From: Acidobacteriota bacterium
GTDB taxonomy: Bacteria > Acidobacteriota > UBA6911 > RPQK01 > CBDAPI01
Assembly (NCBI GenBank): GCA_965197285.1
Contig: OZ240092.1
Coordinates: 3,947,337 to 4,011,336, forward strand
Direction of reading: 5' to 3'
DNA: 64,000 nt
In this document: in pieces, positions 45,759 to 54,557 of the stretch
Layout: every line of letters begins with the position of its first letter
How positions within the stretch are numbered: the stretch's first letter is position 1
Made by a program: the position numbers and the translations under genes
Notes under the pieces: generated by a model
Databases searched by the model: none
Seen by the model: the letters and a program-made list of their open reading frames with translations, nothing else
What the model was told of the DNA's origin: nothing

Positions 45759-46958
45759 ATGATGCGAGTCTTTTTTGCCTTTTTCCTGGCCTTCTCCGTC
45801 CTCGTGCCGTCGGATGCGGCGGTGGCTGCCGATGAGGCGTGGACCGGCCTCTGGAAGCTGGAACAAAAGTCGGAAAAGAATAGTCCGATTTTCGTTCTCT
45901 GGATCCCGTCATCCGGCCGGCCCCATCTGTTCGACCACGAGTGGAACGATGTCCACCTTGCCTCCGGCTCCGGCTGGGAGGGAGATAGCCTCGAGATCAG
46001 CCAGTACTTCAAAGGCGGGCAGATTGTCTGGTCGGGTCGGCGCGACGGCAATGCTCTGGAGGGGGAGTGGAAGTTTCTTCATATACAGTACAGTTCCAAG
46101 GGATCTTTTTCCGGGACCCGTGAGTCTCCTGTGGCGCTGAGCGACTGGAACCCTCTGCAGGCTGCTAATGCTTCCACCTCAGAACACGGAGTCCTGAACC
46201 TGACGGCGATACTCCACGAGGCGGCCGGTGATGAAGCCGGCTTTCGGGAGTATTGGGAAAACACGTTCCTCCCCGGCTTCCTGCCTTTTTTACCTGACTT
46301 TCCAGATAGTTCAGTGGCCTGGGCCGCCCTTCAGAAAGACGAGGAAATCGCTGTTTCACGACAGCTCGACGATCACGCCACCAACCTGACGAAGCTCCTG
46401 CAAAAGAACTTTCCTCCCTATAAGAACCCCTACAGCTTTGTCATCTCTCCTTTTGGCGCAAAGCCAAAGCGGATGGTTATTGCAGAGAGTTCGTTCCTCC
46501 TGCTCAACCCGCGTCCGTTTGTCGAGGGGATTGAGACAGACAAGCTCCGGATATCGCAGAAACTTCTGGCTGCTCAACTTTATCCCTTTACGCGCATGTA
46601 CCGGAAACAGTCTGGGGCTGTGTTCAAGACCGGCCTCAAGCTGTTCTTACTCGAGGCGGCCTATCCGGAGGAGCTGCCCGAGATTCTGGAAGTGAAGGAA
46701 AAGCGCCTCACACAACTGCAGAAGCAGCTTCCGAAGTTGAAGGAGAAGATGGGCGCCGGTAAGAAACTCAAACCCGACGAGCTGCGATATCTGAGTCTCG
46801 GTTTCGCTCGGGCACTTGCCTTCAGCTACCCCTTCCAGGGTGTCCTCAAGGCTCCTCCCCGGGAAATCGTCAAGCGCCTGGTGGAGTACATTCATGTGCT
46901 CCCGAAGCGGACCGCGGGGAAGGATCCGGCAGGGGACAAAACGCCCAGGAAGAATTAG
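45759..46958 (+). CDS. secreted hypothetical protein (start at MMRVFFAFFLAF signal peptide)
   Basis: clear signal peptide then 370-aa domain of unknown function with a Lys-rich C-terminus. Confidence 0.5.
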   Translation: MMRVFFAFFLAFSVLVPSDAAVAADEAWTGLWKLEQKSEKNSPIFVLWIPSSGRPHLFDHEWNDVHLASGSGWEGDSLEISQYFKGGQIVWSGRRDGNALEGEWKFLHIQYSSKGSFSGTRESPVALSDWNPLQAANASTSEHGVLNLTAILHEAAGDEAGFREYWENTFLPGFLPFLPDFPDSSVAWAALQKDEEIAVSRQLDDHATNLTKLLQKNFPPYKNPYSFVISPFGAKPKRMVIAESSFLLLNPRPFVEGIETDKLRISQKLLAAQLYPFTRMYRKQSGAVFKTGLKLFLLEAAYPEELPEILEVKEKRLTQLQKQLPKLKEKMGAGKKLKPDELRYLSLGFARALAFSYPFQGVLKAPPREIVKRLVEYIHVLPKRTAGKDPAGDKTPRKN

Positions 46959-46966
46959 TTCGCCGC

Positions 46967-47749
46967 TCAGACCAGATCGACGATCAGCTTGCGCGTGCGG
47001 GAGTGAACCACTGCACCCAGGAGGCACGCACCGAGGGCCACTACGATCAGGTAAAGGAGTCCTGCCGGTGAAGGTGCGGCCTGCCCGAAAAAAACGTAGC
47101 GGTGCAGGGCGATCAGGTGGGTGAGGGGGTTCAGATCCAGGATCCAGGCCAGGCTTCCCGCTCGCGAATGCGGGTACACGATTGGTGTCGTCCAGAAAAG
47201 GATGAGGAAAACTGCGCCCAGGGCCTGAGCCACGTCCCGCACCAGAACAGTCGCACAGGCCAGAATCAGCGAAAGGCCGAATGCCAGAGTCAGTTGCAAC
47301 AAGCCGGCAAGAGGCCAGATGCACAGTGTCACCAGGCTGAGTTCCTGCTTGAACGTCAGGACCGCTACGAATAGAAGAGTTCCCACACACTGGTGAACAA
47401 AAGCCGATGTAATGATTCCCAGGGGCAGAGCAGGAAGAGGAAAACGAGCCCTGGTGATCAGCTGCCCGTGATCGAGAAAGGAGCGGGCCGATCGATTGAG
47501 GCTTTCCTGGAAGGCCAGCCAGGGAAGTAAAGCCGCAAAAAGAAAAAGGGCGAATCGCCCGCTGGACGCGCTCTCATCAAAGCTCTGCCCCAGGAAGCCG
47601 GAAAAGACCAGTGTGTAGACGGTCAACTGCAGCAGCGGATTGAGGATCGACCAGGCTCCTCCCAGCAGCGAGCCCCGGTAGCGACTCTTCACGTCCCGCC
47701 GCACCAGCTCTCCTACCAGGTACCTGTTTCTCCAGAGATCCGTCACCAT
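46967..47749 (-). CDS. ABC-2 type polysaccharide/O-antigen export permease (Wzm/KpsM-like); no cognate ATPase gene adjacent
   Basis: 6-TM ABC-2 architecture; start taken at MVTDLWRNRYLVGELVRRDVKSRYRGS, typical of Wzm. Confidence 0.7.
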   Translation of the reverse strand: MVTDLWRNRYLVGELVRRDVKSRYRGSLLGGAWSILNPLLQLTVYTLVFSGFLGQSFDESASSGRFALFLFAALLPWLAFQESLNRSARSFLDHGQLITRARFPLPALPLGIITSAFVHQCVGTLLFVAVLTFKQELSLVTLCIWPLAGLLQLTLAFGLSLILACATVLVRDVAQALGAVFLILFWTTPIVYPHSRAGSLAWILDLNPLTHLIALHRYVFFGQAAPSPAGLLYLIVVALGACLLGAVVHSRTRKLIVDLV

Positions 47750-47795
47750 TTGTTGCAGCCAGCCTCGCGCAGCCGCGAGGAGTATACTATAGGCC

Positions 47796-49613
47796 TTGGC
47801 TGCGCAGGAGCCCCAGTTCCGAATAGCTCGATCTCTCGTCCTCTTGATTTTCGGGCTTCTGCCCCTGGTGGTTTCCGTCGCGGGCCTGGACAAATTCCGC
47901 ACGCCGAAAGACATCGTGATCACCTCGGCGATTCCTCTCCTGGCAGTCATCTGTCTGGCCGGTTCCTCATTCAGAATCCGTTTGGGCGTCTTCGAGTGTA
48001 CGGTTCTTGGGGCCGCGGTCTACGTTCTGATTCACGGATTTTATCAGGGTGGAATGGAAGCTGCGGTCACGCTCTGCCTGTTCGCGCTGTGGCTGCTGCT
48101 CCTGTCCCGGCTCCTGTCCTGGCGGTTTCAGAAGCGTGTCTGGCTGGTGGCGGCGCTTTCTCTCAGTCTCAACTGCGTGGCCAATGTTGTGCAGTATTTT
48201 GGGATGTTTCCGTGGATGCTGCGAGATGGCGGAAAGGCCATGTCGGGCCGGGTGACGCCGGCAGGCCTGCTCGGGGAAGTCGGCACCGGAGCGATCCTTT
48301 TCGGCATGATCGTCCTGATGTCCATTTACTTTCTCCTCTTCGAGCGGAATCGGTCGCTTCGAGTCGGCTGGCTGTTGGTCTCCCTGTTCAACCTGGTGGG
48401 CCTGCTGCTCACGCGTACGATGACGGCAAGTCTGGCGCTGACAGGATGCCTCCTTCTGTGGCTGGGCTTTCACCACTGGTGGGTCGTCAAACGCCACCCT
48501 CAATCGCGTCGCCGGCTGGCAGCTCTATGGGCTGTTATCGTGGTGGGAGGGGGGTTGGCTGCCGCCTTTGCAGTTCAGTCGGAACTCTGGGACCGCGTCT
48601 CGCGAGCCGCCCGCCAGGCGATGAGCGGAAGCCTGGAAGTGGCCACGGCGGGGCGCTACTCCGTGTATCTGATCACGTGGGACATGATCAAGGACCGGCC
48701 GCTGGCGGGTCGCGGACTCACGTCCTTCGCACCAGCCTTTTACCACCAGCGGACCGAGACCGGGTACGGCCGCGAAGTAGCGCTTCTCCCCCAGGCGGGC
48801 GCCTTTCGAGAGGCCCACAACGAGTACCTGCAAACCTGGGCCGAACTCGGGTTGCCGGGCTTGCTCTTACTCACCGGGCTGCTGGGTTTCTCTCTATTCT
48901 CTGCACTTCGCCTGTCTTTCAGGGAAACCGATCCGCAACGATGCTATTGGGCCGGAATCCTTGCCCTGGCCCTGATCTATTTTCTCATCGCTTCGCTGAC
49001 CATGTTTCCTCTTCATGTCAGCTCCACCGCGATCTTTGTCTGTTTGATCGTGGCGTCCATTCGACATCTCGATCGCTACGGGTTCGAGGAAAACGGTACC
49101 CCTTCAACCGAAGGAGGGGGTAGGAGACGAAAGCTGCTGGCGGCCGTCGCGCTGATCCTGTCCCTGCCCCTGCTTTACGGGCAGTACCAGAAATGGCAGG
49201 CGAACAATTCACTTGGCATGGCGGCGTTCTTGCTGGAGGGGGCCAGCCGGCAGAATCTCAACACCCGGCAACTCCGAACCGTAGCGACGCGGGCGCTGGC
49301 TCTGCTGGATCGTCCCGAGTCGAGTCGCGCCTGGTTTCCGGAGCTTCATAGCCTGCGAGGTTCGGCCGCCATGTTTCTGGGCCGCTACCGGATGGCAGAG
49401 GCATCCTACCGGAAGGCTATAGTCAGGATTCCAAGTCCTGAAACGATGACCAACCTGGCGGCGGCTCTGATTGCCCAGAACGAATGCGAGAAGGCCGAGC
49501 CTTTTCTCCAGTCGGCCCTCCGCTACAATCCGGGGTACCGCGAGGCCGGCCAGGCCCGCCAATACTGTCGCCGCCAGAAACGGCGAAGCACGGGGCCGAA
49601 AAAGGAGCCATGA
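47796..49613 (+). CDS. O-antigen ligase/polymerase-family membrane protein (Wzy_C) with C-terminal TPR domain
   Basis: multi-TM with RGLTSFAPAFYHQ...AHNEYLQTWAELGLPG Wzy_C loop; C-terminal TPR-like helices. Confidence 0.7.
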   Translation: MAAQEPQFRIARSLVLLIFGLLPLVVSVAGLDKFRTPKDIVITSAIPLLAVICLAGSSFRIRLGVFECTVLGAAVYVLIHGFYQGGMEAAVTLCLFALWLLLLSRLLSWRFQKRVWLVAALSLSLNCVANVVQYFGMFPWMLRDGGKAMSGRVTPAGLLGEVGTGAILFGMIVLMSIYFLLFERNRSLRVGWLLVSLFNLVGLLLTRTMTASLALTGCLLLWLGFHHWWVVKRHPQSRRRLAALWAVIVVGGGLAAAFAVQSELWDRVSRAARQAMSGSLEVATAGRYSVYLITWDMIKDRPLAGRGLTSFAPAFYHQRTETGYGREVALLPQAGAFREAHNEYLQTWAELGLPGLLLLTGLLGFSLFSALRLSFRETDPQRCYWAGILALALIYFLIASLTMFPLHVSSTAIFVCLIVASIRHLDRYGFEENGTPSTEGGGRRRKLLAAVALILSLPLLYGQYQKWQANNSLGMAAFLLEGASRQNLNTRQLRTVATRALALLDRPESSRAWFPELHSLRGSAAMFLGRYRMAEASYRKAIVRIPSPETMTNLAAALIAQNECEKAEPFLQSALRYNPGYREAGQARQYCRRQKRRSTGPKKEP

Positions 49614-49643
49614 GGACTGTCTAGCACCAGGCCGGAAGAAAGT

Positions 49644-50612
49644 AGGATTGGAATCGACGCCCGCTCCCTGCGTTGGGGACCGGCAGGTGTTGCTACTTAC
49701 GTCTCCAATCTCCTGCAATTCCTTCCCTGGCTCGACGCTCTGGAATCCTCCAGGCCGGTGAACAACCTGCTCTTCAACTGCGTGCGGGTGCCTCTGGCCG
49801 CGTGGCGCCGCCGATGGCAGGTGTGCCACGCTCCCTCCTACACCTGTCCACTCGTCAGTCCTTGTCCGATCGTCATGACCGTTCACGACATCTCCTATCT
49901 GGCCCACCCCGAGTGGTATCCATACAAGCGAGGGGTCGCGCGACAGGCCTACTACCGGGCCTGTCTGCGGCGGGCGGATCGAATCGTGGTTCCTTCACGG
50001 TTTTCGGAACAGGAGATTGTGGACCGTTTTCCGGGCCTGGAGGGACGGATCCGGATCGTTCCGATGGGGGTGTCCGAGTTCTTCTCGCCCGCCCCCGACC
50101 TGGCCCGTGAAGTCTGTCGAGAGCTGAATCTTCCCTCCCGGTTCATTCTGCACGTGGGGGATCTGCATGTGCGTCGCAATCTGTGGCTGCTTCAGCGGGC
50201 GGCCGAGCAGGTGGGTTTGCCACTCGTCCTGGTTGGAAGACCCCTGGAAGAGGGTTCGATTCCCGACGGAGCTCTGCTCTTCACTGACATTTCAATGGAC
50301 AGGCTCAAAGGGATCTACTCTGCCGCAGCCGTTTTTGCCTACCCGTCCCTGTACGAGGGATTCGGTCTGCCGGTCCTGGAGGCGATGGCCTGTGGGGTTC
50401 CGGTTGTGGCCTCCGACCGGGGCTCCCTTCCCGAGGTTTGCGGCCAGGCCGCCGAACTGGTGGAGCCCGACCAGGACGGCCTGGTTGCCGGCATAGAAAG
50501 AGCGCTGGGAAATGGTGAAGTCCTCCGCAAGAGAGGTCTGGTGCGAGCCTCGGGTTTTTCCTGGGAGCAAACGGCGGCTGCGACGCTGGAAGTGTACCGT
50601 GAACTCATGTGA
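49644..50612 (+). CDS. GT4-family glycosyltransferase; the N-terminal Rossmann domain is in frame from 49614 but lacks a canonical start codon
   Basis: RIGIDARSLRWGPAGVATYVSNLL typical GT4 N-terminus upstream of the listed ATG 49758; C-terminal EGFGLPVLEAMACGVPVV motif. Confidence 0.7.
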   Translation, partial: RIGIDARSLRWGPAGVATYVSNLLQFLPWLDALESSRPVNNLLFNCVRVPLAAWRRRWQVCHAPSYTCPLVSPCPIVMTVHDISYLAHPEWYPYKRGVARQAYYRACLRRADRIVVPSRFSEQEIVDRFPGLEGRIRIVPMGVSEFFSPAPDLAREVCRELNLPSRFILHVGDLHVRRNLWLLQRAAEQVGLPLVLVGRPLEEGSIPDGALLFTDISMDRLKGIYSAAAVFAYPSLYEGFGLPVLEAMACGVPVVASDRGSLPEVCGQAAELVEPDQDGLVAGIERALGNGEVLRKRGLVRASGFSWEQTAAATLEVYRELM

Positions 50613-50819
50613 GCCCAACCGGCTGGCACAACAGGCCCCTGCGAGACGGACCGCTATCAGCGCTTCGAGGCCACACGGCGCGTGACCTTGCCCCCTAAAA
50701 CGGGTCCAAGTTGAATGTTAGGATTTTCGGTTTTAGGAAGGAGGCAAGGATGGCACGGAAGCGGTTTACGGCAGAACAAATCATCATGAAGCTGCGTGAG
50801 GCAGAGGCAGGTCTAGCCC

Positions 50820-52552
50820 GCATAGATCACCGATTTGGAAATGAAGGTGATTTTGGCAGGCCGGAACGGTTTTCTGAGAGTTTCGCTATCGATCCGGTCC
50901 AGGTCGAGTGATGCGGTGGTGTGGAGGGTCGTGAATGGAGCGTTTTTCGGGCTCGGAAGAGGGTGACGGAACGGATTCAGGCAGAGCTCGGCCTGAGCGA
51001 TGGAACGATTTCGTTTTTGGGGCGTTTGATCGGGACAGACCTCAGCAGCGCAGAGGAATGGCCTGGAGGTTTCGAACGACGGCAGCGAAGACCTCGCTGT
51101 AGGGATAGGCTTCCGACATGGAGATCCAGACGTGGCGGACCGTGAGGCGGACCTGGGCGCCGATCTTGAGGAGCTTCAAGCGAATCGTCTGACACTGAGC
51201 GCGAGCCAGGGGGGTCTGCTTCAGTCCGAGACGACGCAAGGCGTGCATGAGCATGTAGGCGGCGGAGGACAGATACAGCCGGAGTTGATTGGCGCGCATC
51301 GTTGCCGCGCTGGTCCGGTCGGCGAACAGATCCAACTGCTGTTCTTTTATGCGGTTCTCCATGTCGCCCCGCGCACAGTAGAAGTCTTCGTAGAGCGCGC
51401 GGGCCCCCAGGCGTTCCGGCGACAGGGAGGTGACGATGAATCGGGGATTGGCGCCTTTCTCCAGGAACTCGGCCTTGCCGACGACGCGTCGCTCCGAGGT
51501 CCAACTGTGGCGAGTCCGGTAGCGGAAATCCTGGAACACCCGCGCCGGTCGCCCGGTGGCGTTGAACTCGGCTTCGGCCTGAGTCATCGCTTCGGCGATC
51601 TCTGACTTGAGCCGATCATTGTTGGCCAACCCCATCACGTAATCCACGTGATGGTCTTCACACCAGCGGAGCAAGTCATCCCGGCAAAAGCCAGAGTCGG
51701 CCCGGATGACGATCGAGACCTCCGGCCAGCTCTGCCGAATCCGGCCGACGATCCGTTCCAGTTCCTCCGCCGATCCCGCGGCCCCATCGATATTGGAACA
51801 CCGCAACCGGGCGCACAGCAGATGCTCCCCCGAGAAGATGTACAGCGGGAGATAACAGTAGTGGCGGTAGTAACCGTGAAAGAACCGGCCTTCCTGCTGG
51901 CCATGGATCGGGTCGTCGGTCGCATCCAGATCCAGCACGATCTCCTCGGGCGCCGATTCGTGGGACTCCACGAAGGCATCCACCATCCAGCCGTCGATCC
52001 GGTCCGGGTCCATCGCGATCTTCTTGTACCGCTCCTGCTCATCGACCTCGGCGCCGGTCAACTCCAACCGGTTCAGCGTACACCTGCCCGCCAGCGCCTT
52101 CCCCCGATCTGAGGCCTGCCGCCGCCGCTCCCCCAACGGATCGGCCTTATTCACCGCCACCGCCAGCATCGGATCGGTGCGCAACTGATCATGATCGTTC
52201 AGATCCTCGTACCCCAGACAGAGTCCGTAGATGCGCTGCCCCAACAACTCCTCGACCGTGTGTTCGATCAACCGCGGATCCCGGTGATCCCTGAAGCACG
52301 CGGTCAGTCCGGCAACGAGACCCGTCCGCTGCTCGACCTCGCGTAACAGCAGCACCCCTGCATCGGAGGTGATCTTCCCGCCGTCGAACCGCGCCTTCAC
52401 TTTGCGTTGAAATAGTCCGTGAAATTCGAACCTGGCTTGTTTACACTCTGTTCTCATAAGGGCCGCCTCCGTTTGGCTTTGAAGTCTTTCATTCAAAACG
52501 CTTTATACCAAACAGGGCGGCCTTTTGAGGTCCTATCGGTGAGAAATGGCGG
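50820..52552 (-). mobile_element. IS1380-family insertion sequence, copy b (a different member from copy a), nested inside IS3 copy 2
   Basis: IRs GCATAGATCACCGAT / rc CCGCCATTTCTCACCGAT; target CTAGCCC present on both sides (TSD 4-7 bp, exact ends ambiguous). Confidence 0.65.
51042..52496 (-). CDS. IS1380-family DDE transposase
   Basis: FDGGKITSDAGVLLL, LDLDATDDPIHGQQE, FHGYY, ADSGF, YCARGDMENRIKE signatures. Confidence 0.9.
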   Translation of the reverse strand: MNERLQSQTEAALMRTECKQARFEFHGLFQRKVKARFDGGKITSDAGVLLLREVEQRTGLVAGLTACFRDHRDPRLIEHTVEELLGQRIYGLCLGYEDLNDHDQLRTDPMLAVAVNKADPLGERRRQASDRGKALAGRCTLNRLELTGAEVDEQERYKKIAMDPDRIDGWMVDAFVESHESAPEEIVLDLDATDDPIHGQQEGRFFHGYYRHYCYLPLYIFSGEHLLCARLRCSNIDGAAGSAEELERIVGRIRQSWPEVSIVIRADSGFCRDDLLRWCEDHHVDYVMGLANNDRLKSEIAEAMTQAEAEFNATGRPARVFQDFRYRTRHSWTSERRVVGKAEFLEKGANPRFIVTSLSPERLGARALYEDFYCARGDMENRIKEQQLDLFADRTSAATMRANQLRLYLSSAAYMLMHALRRLGLKQTPLARAQCQTIRLKLLKIGAQVRLTVRHVWISMSEAYPYSEVFAAVVRNLQAIPLRC

Positions 52553-53661
52553 CTAGCCCAAGGACAGACGGTGGGCCAGGTGTGCAAACAGATTGGGGTG
52601 ACCGAGCAGACCTACTACCGGTGGCGCAAGGAGTACGGAGGGCTTCGACTGAATCAGGCCAAGCGGTTGAAGGTGTTGGAGAAGGAGAATGCCCGGTTGA
52701 AGAAGCTAGTGGCAGATCTGTCTTTGGACAAGCAGATCCTAAAGGAAGTTTCCTCGGGAAACTTCTAGGCCCGGCGAAGAGGAGACGCGCAGTGGTGTGG
52801 GTGAGGGAGAGATTGGGAGCAGAGCGCGTCTCCGAACGTCGGGCCTGCCAAGTGCTGGGACAGGCTCGATCGACCCAGCGAAGGGAAAGGCATATCCCCG
52901 ATGATGAGGCTCGATTGGTGGCTGAGATGGTGGAGTTGGCCACGCACTACGGGCGATACGGCTACCGACGGATCACGGCCATGCTTCGTTGGGAAGGGTG
53001 GAAAGTGAATCACAAGCGGGTGGAGAGGTTGTGGAGACAGGAGGGGCTGAAAGTCCCGTCCAGACAGCCGAAACGAAGGAGACTGTGGCTTCATGATGGA
53101 TCCTGCGTTCGGTTACGAGCGGCTCACAAGGATCACGTCTGGAGCTATGACTTCGTGCATGAGCGAACCCATGACGGAAGGGCCTTTCGATTATTAACCC
53201 TACTGGATGAATACACCCGGGAGTGTCTGGCCATTGAGGTTCAACGACAGATGAATCACCAGGACGTGTTGGATCGATTGGCGGAGTTGTTCGTGGATCG
53301 GGGAGTGCCTGAATACATTCGGTCCGATAACGGGTCGGAGTTTACGGCTCAGGCGGTTCGGGACTGGCTGAAGGCTGTTGGGGTGAGGACCTTATACATC
53401 GAGCCCGGCAGCCCCTGGGAGAATGGATATGTGGAGAGCTTCAACGGAAAACTGCGGGATGAACTGCTGAACGTAGAAGTCTTCGACACGTTGTGGGAAG
53501 CGAAGGTGTTGGCCGAGAGATGGCGCAGGGAGTACAACCAGCGACGGCCTCACAGCGCCTTGGCCTATCGGCCGCCGGCGCCGGAGGCCAGATTACCCAG
53601 GTCCCAGGCCCAGAGTTCTATACCATGGAGTGGACTTCAAATGGTCCCAGGTCTAACTTAG
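52546..53661 (+). CDS. IS3-family transposase OrfB (copy 2)
   Basis: near-identical to 44083-45162. Confidence 0.8.
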   Translation: MAASPRTDGGPGVQTDWGDRADLLPVAQGVRRASTESGQAVEGVGEGECPVEEASGRSVFGQADPKGSFLGKLLGPAKRRRAVVWVRERLGAERVSERRACQVLGQARSTQRRERHIPDDEARLVAEMVELATHYGRYGYRRITAMLRWEGWKVNHKRVERLWRQEGLKVPSRQPKRRRLWLHDGSCVRLRAAHKDHVWSYDFVHERTHDGRAFRLLTLLDEYTRECLAIEVQRQMNHQDVLDRLAELFVDRGVPEYIRSDNGSEFTAQAVRDWLKAVGVRTLYIEPGSPWENGYVESFNGKLRDELLNVEVFDTLWEAKVLAERWRREYNQRRPHSALAYRPPAPEARLPRSQAQSSIPWSGLQMVPGLT

Positions 53662-53687
53662 AGAGTGGACTCGTTCCTGGGGGCAGG

Positions 53688-54557
53688 TCAGCGACTGCCT
53701 CCGAGCTTCTGTCGAAACCGCCGGGCCGCATGCGCCAGGTCGATTCCGGCCAGCACCAGGCGGGTCTGGAGCGGGTGGGCCCTGGGAGCGTAGTGTTTGG
53801 CATGGAAGATCTTCATGGCGTCAAAAAAATGCCTGGTGTTCACCGCCGTGTCCTGGTCTGAGCTGCGACTCTTCAGGTGGGTAACTGTGGCCCCGGCATA
53901 GTACTCCACCAGCCAGCCCGCCTGGAGGGCCCGATAGCAGAAATCCAGGTCCTCGCCATAGAGGAAAAACCCTTCATCCAGGAGCCCGATCTTCTCGGTC
54001 AGTTCTCGGCGAAACATCAGAAACGAACCGGAGACCGCTTCCACCGGCTGCGTCTTGTTTTCGTCCAGAGAGGTCAGGTTGTAGGCTCCGAACTCCCGAC
54101 TGCGGGGAAACAGTCGGCTCAGCCCGAGAAAGCGATAGATCGAATTTCGGACCGTGGGTATGGAGCGCTGGCAGGCCAGCTGGAGACTCCCGTCGGGATT
54201 CAGGATCCGGCATCCCACTACACCCGTCTGCGGGCGGCTCCGAAGGTAGTCCAGGGTCTTCTCGATGGCGTTGTCGTGAATGATAACGTCCGGATTCAGG
54301 AGCAGGAAAAAGGGGGCAGTAGCGTGACGGATTCCACGATTGCAGGCTTTGGCAAACCCCTCGTTGTGCCGATTGAGGAGAAGCACGGGTGAAGAACAGC
54401 GGAGTTCGTTTTCCAGCCGGGACTGGTCAGAGGAAGCGTTGTCCACGACAACCACTTGGATCTGGTCTTCTTGATTCGCCCTTCGTATGCCGGACAGACA
54501 CTGAAGAAGGTCGGCAGTCGAGTTGTAGTTCACGATGATGACGGATAGTTGCATCAC
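53688..54557 (-). CDS. GT2-family glycosyltransferase; its stop codon is supplied by the IS3 terminal TCA (last about 6 native codons replaced)
   Basis: VIIVNYNSTADLLQCL...VVDNASSD GT2 N-terminus; reconstructing the pre-insertion sequence gives ...LGGSRRVASKR*. Confidence 0.8.
   Translation of the reverse strand: MMQLSVIIVNYNSTADLLQCLSGIRRANQEDQIQVVVVDNASSDQSRLENELRCSSPVLLLNRHNEGFAKACNRGIRHATAPFFLLLNPDVIIHDNAIEKTLDYLRSRPQTGVVGCRILNPDGSLQLACQRSIPTVRNSIYRFLGLSRLFPRSREFGAYNLTSLDENKTQPVEAVSGSFLMFRRELTEKIGLLDEGFFLYGEDLDFCYRALQAGWLVEYYAGATVTHLKSRSSDQDTAVNTRHFFDAMKIFHAKHYAPRAHPLQTRLVLAGIDLAHAARRFRQKLGGSR

Larger units (their letters stand above)
50683..53690 (+). mobile_element. IS3-family insertion sequence, copy 2, with 3-bp TSD GCG; disrupted in orfA by a nested IS1380-family element
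   Basis: ends identical to copy 1; GCG at 50680-50682 and 53691-53693; the copy-1 sequence GTCTAGCCC|AAGGACAG is interrupted after 50819 and resumes at about 52553. Confidence 0.8.

Noticed and set aside
50711-50911. 66-aa ORF (MNVRIFGF…AGLARIDHRFGNEGD…)
   Set aside because: It is a chimera of the IS3 orfA 5' end read into the nested IS1380 terminal sequence, not a gene.
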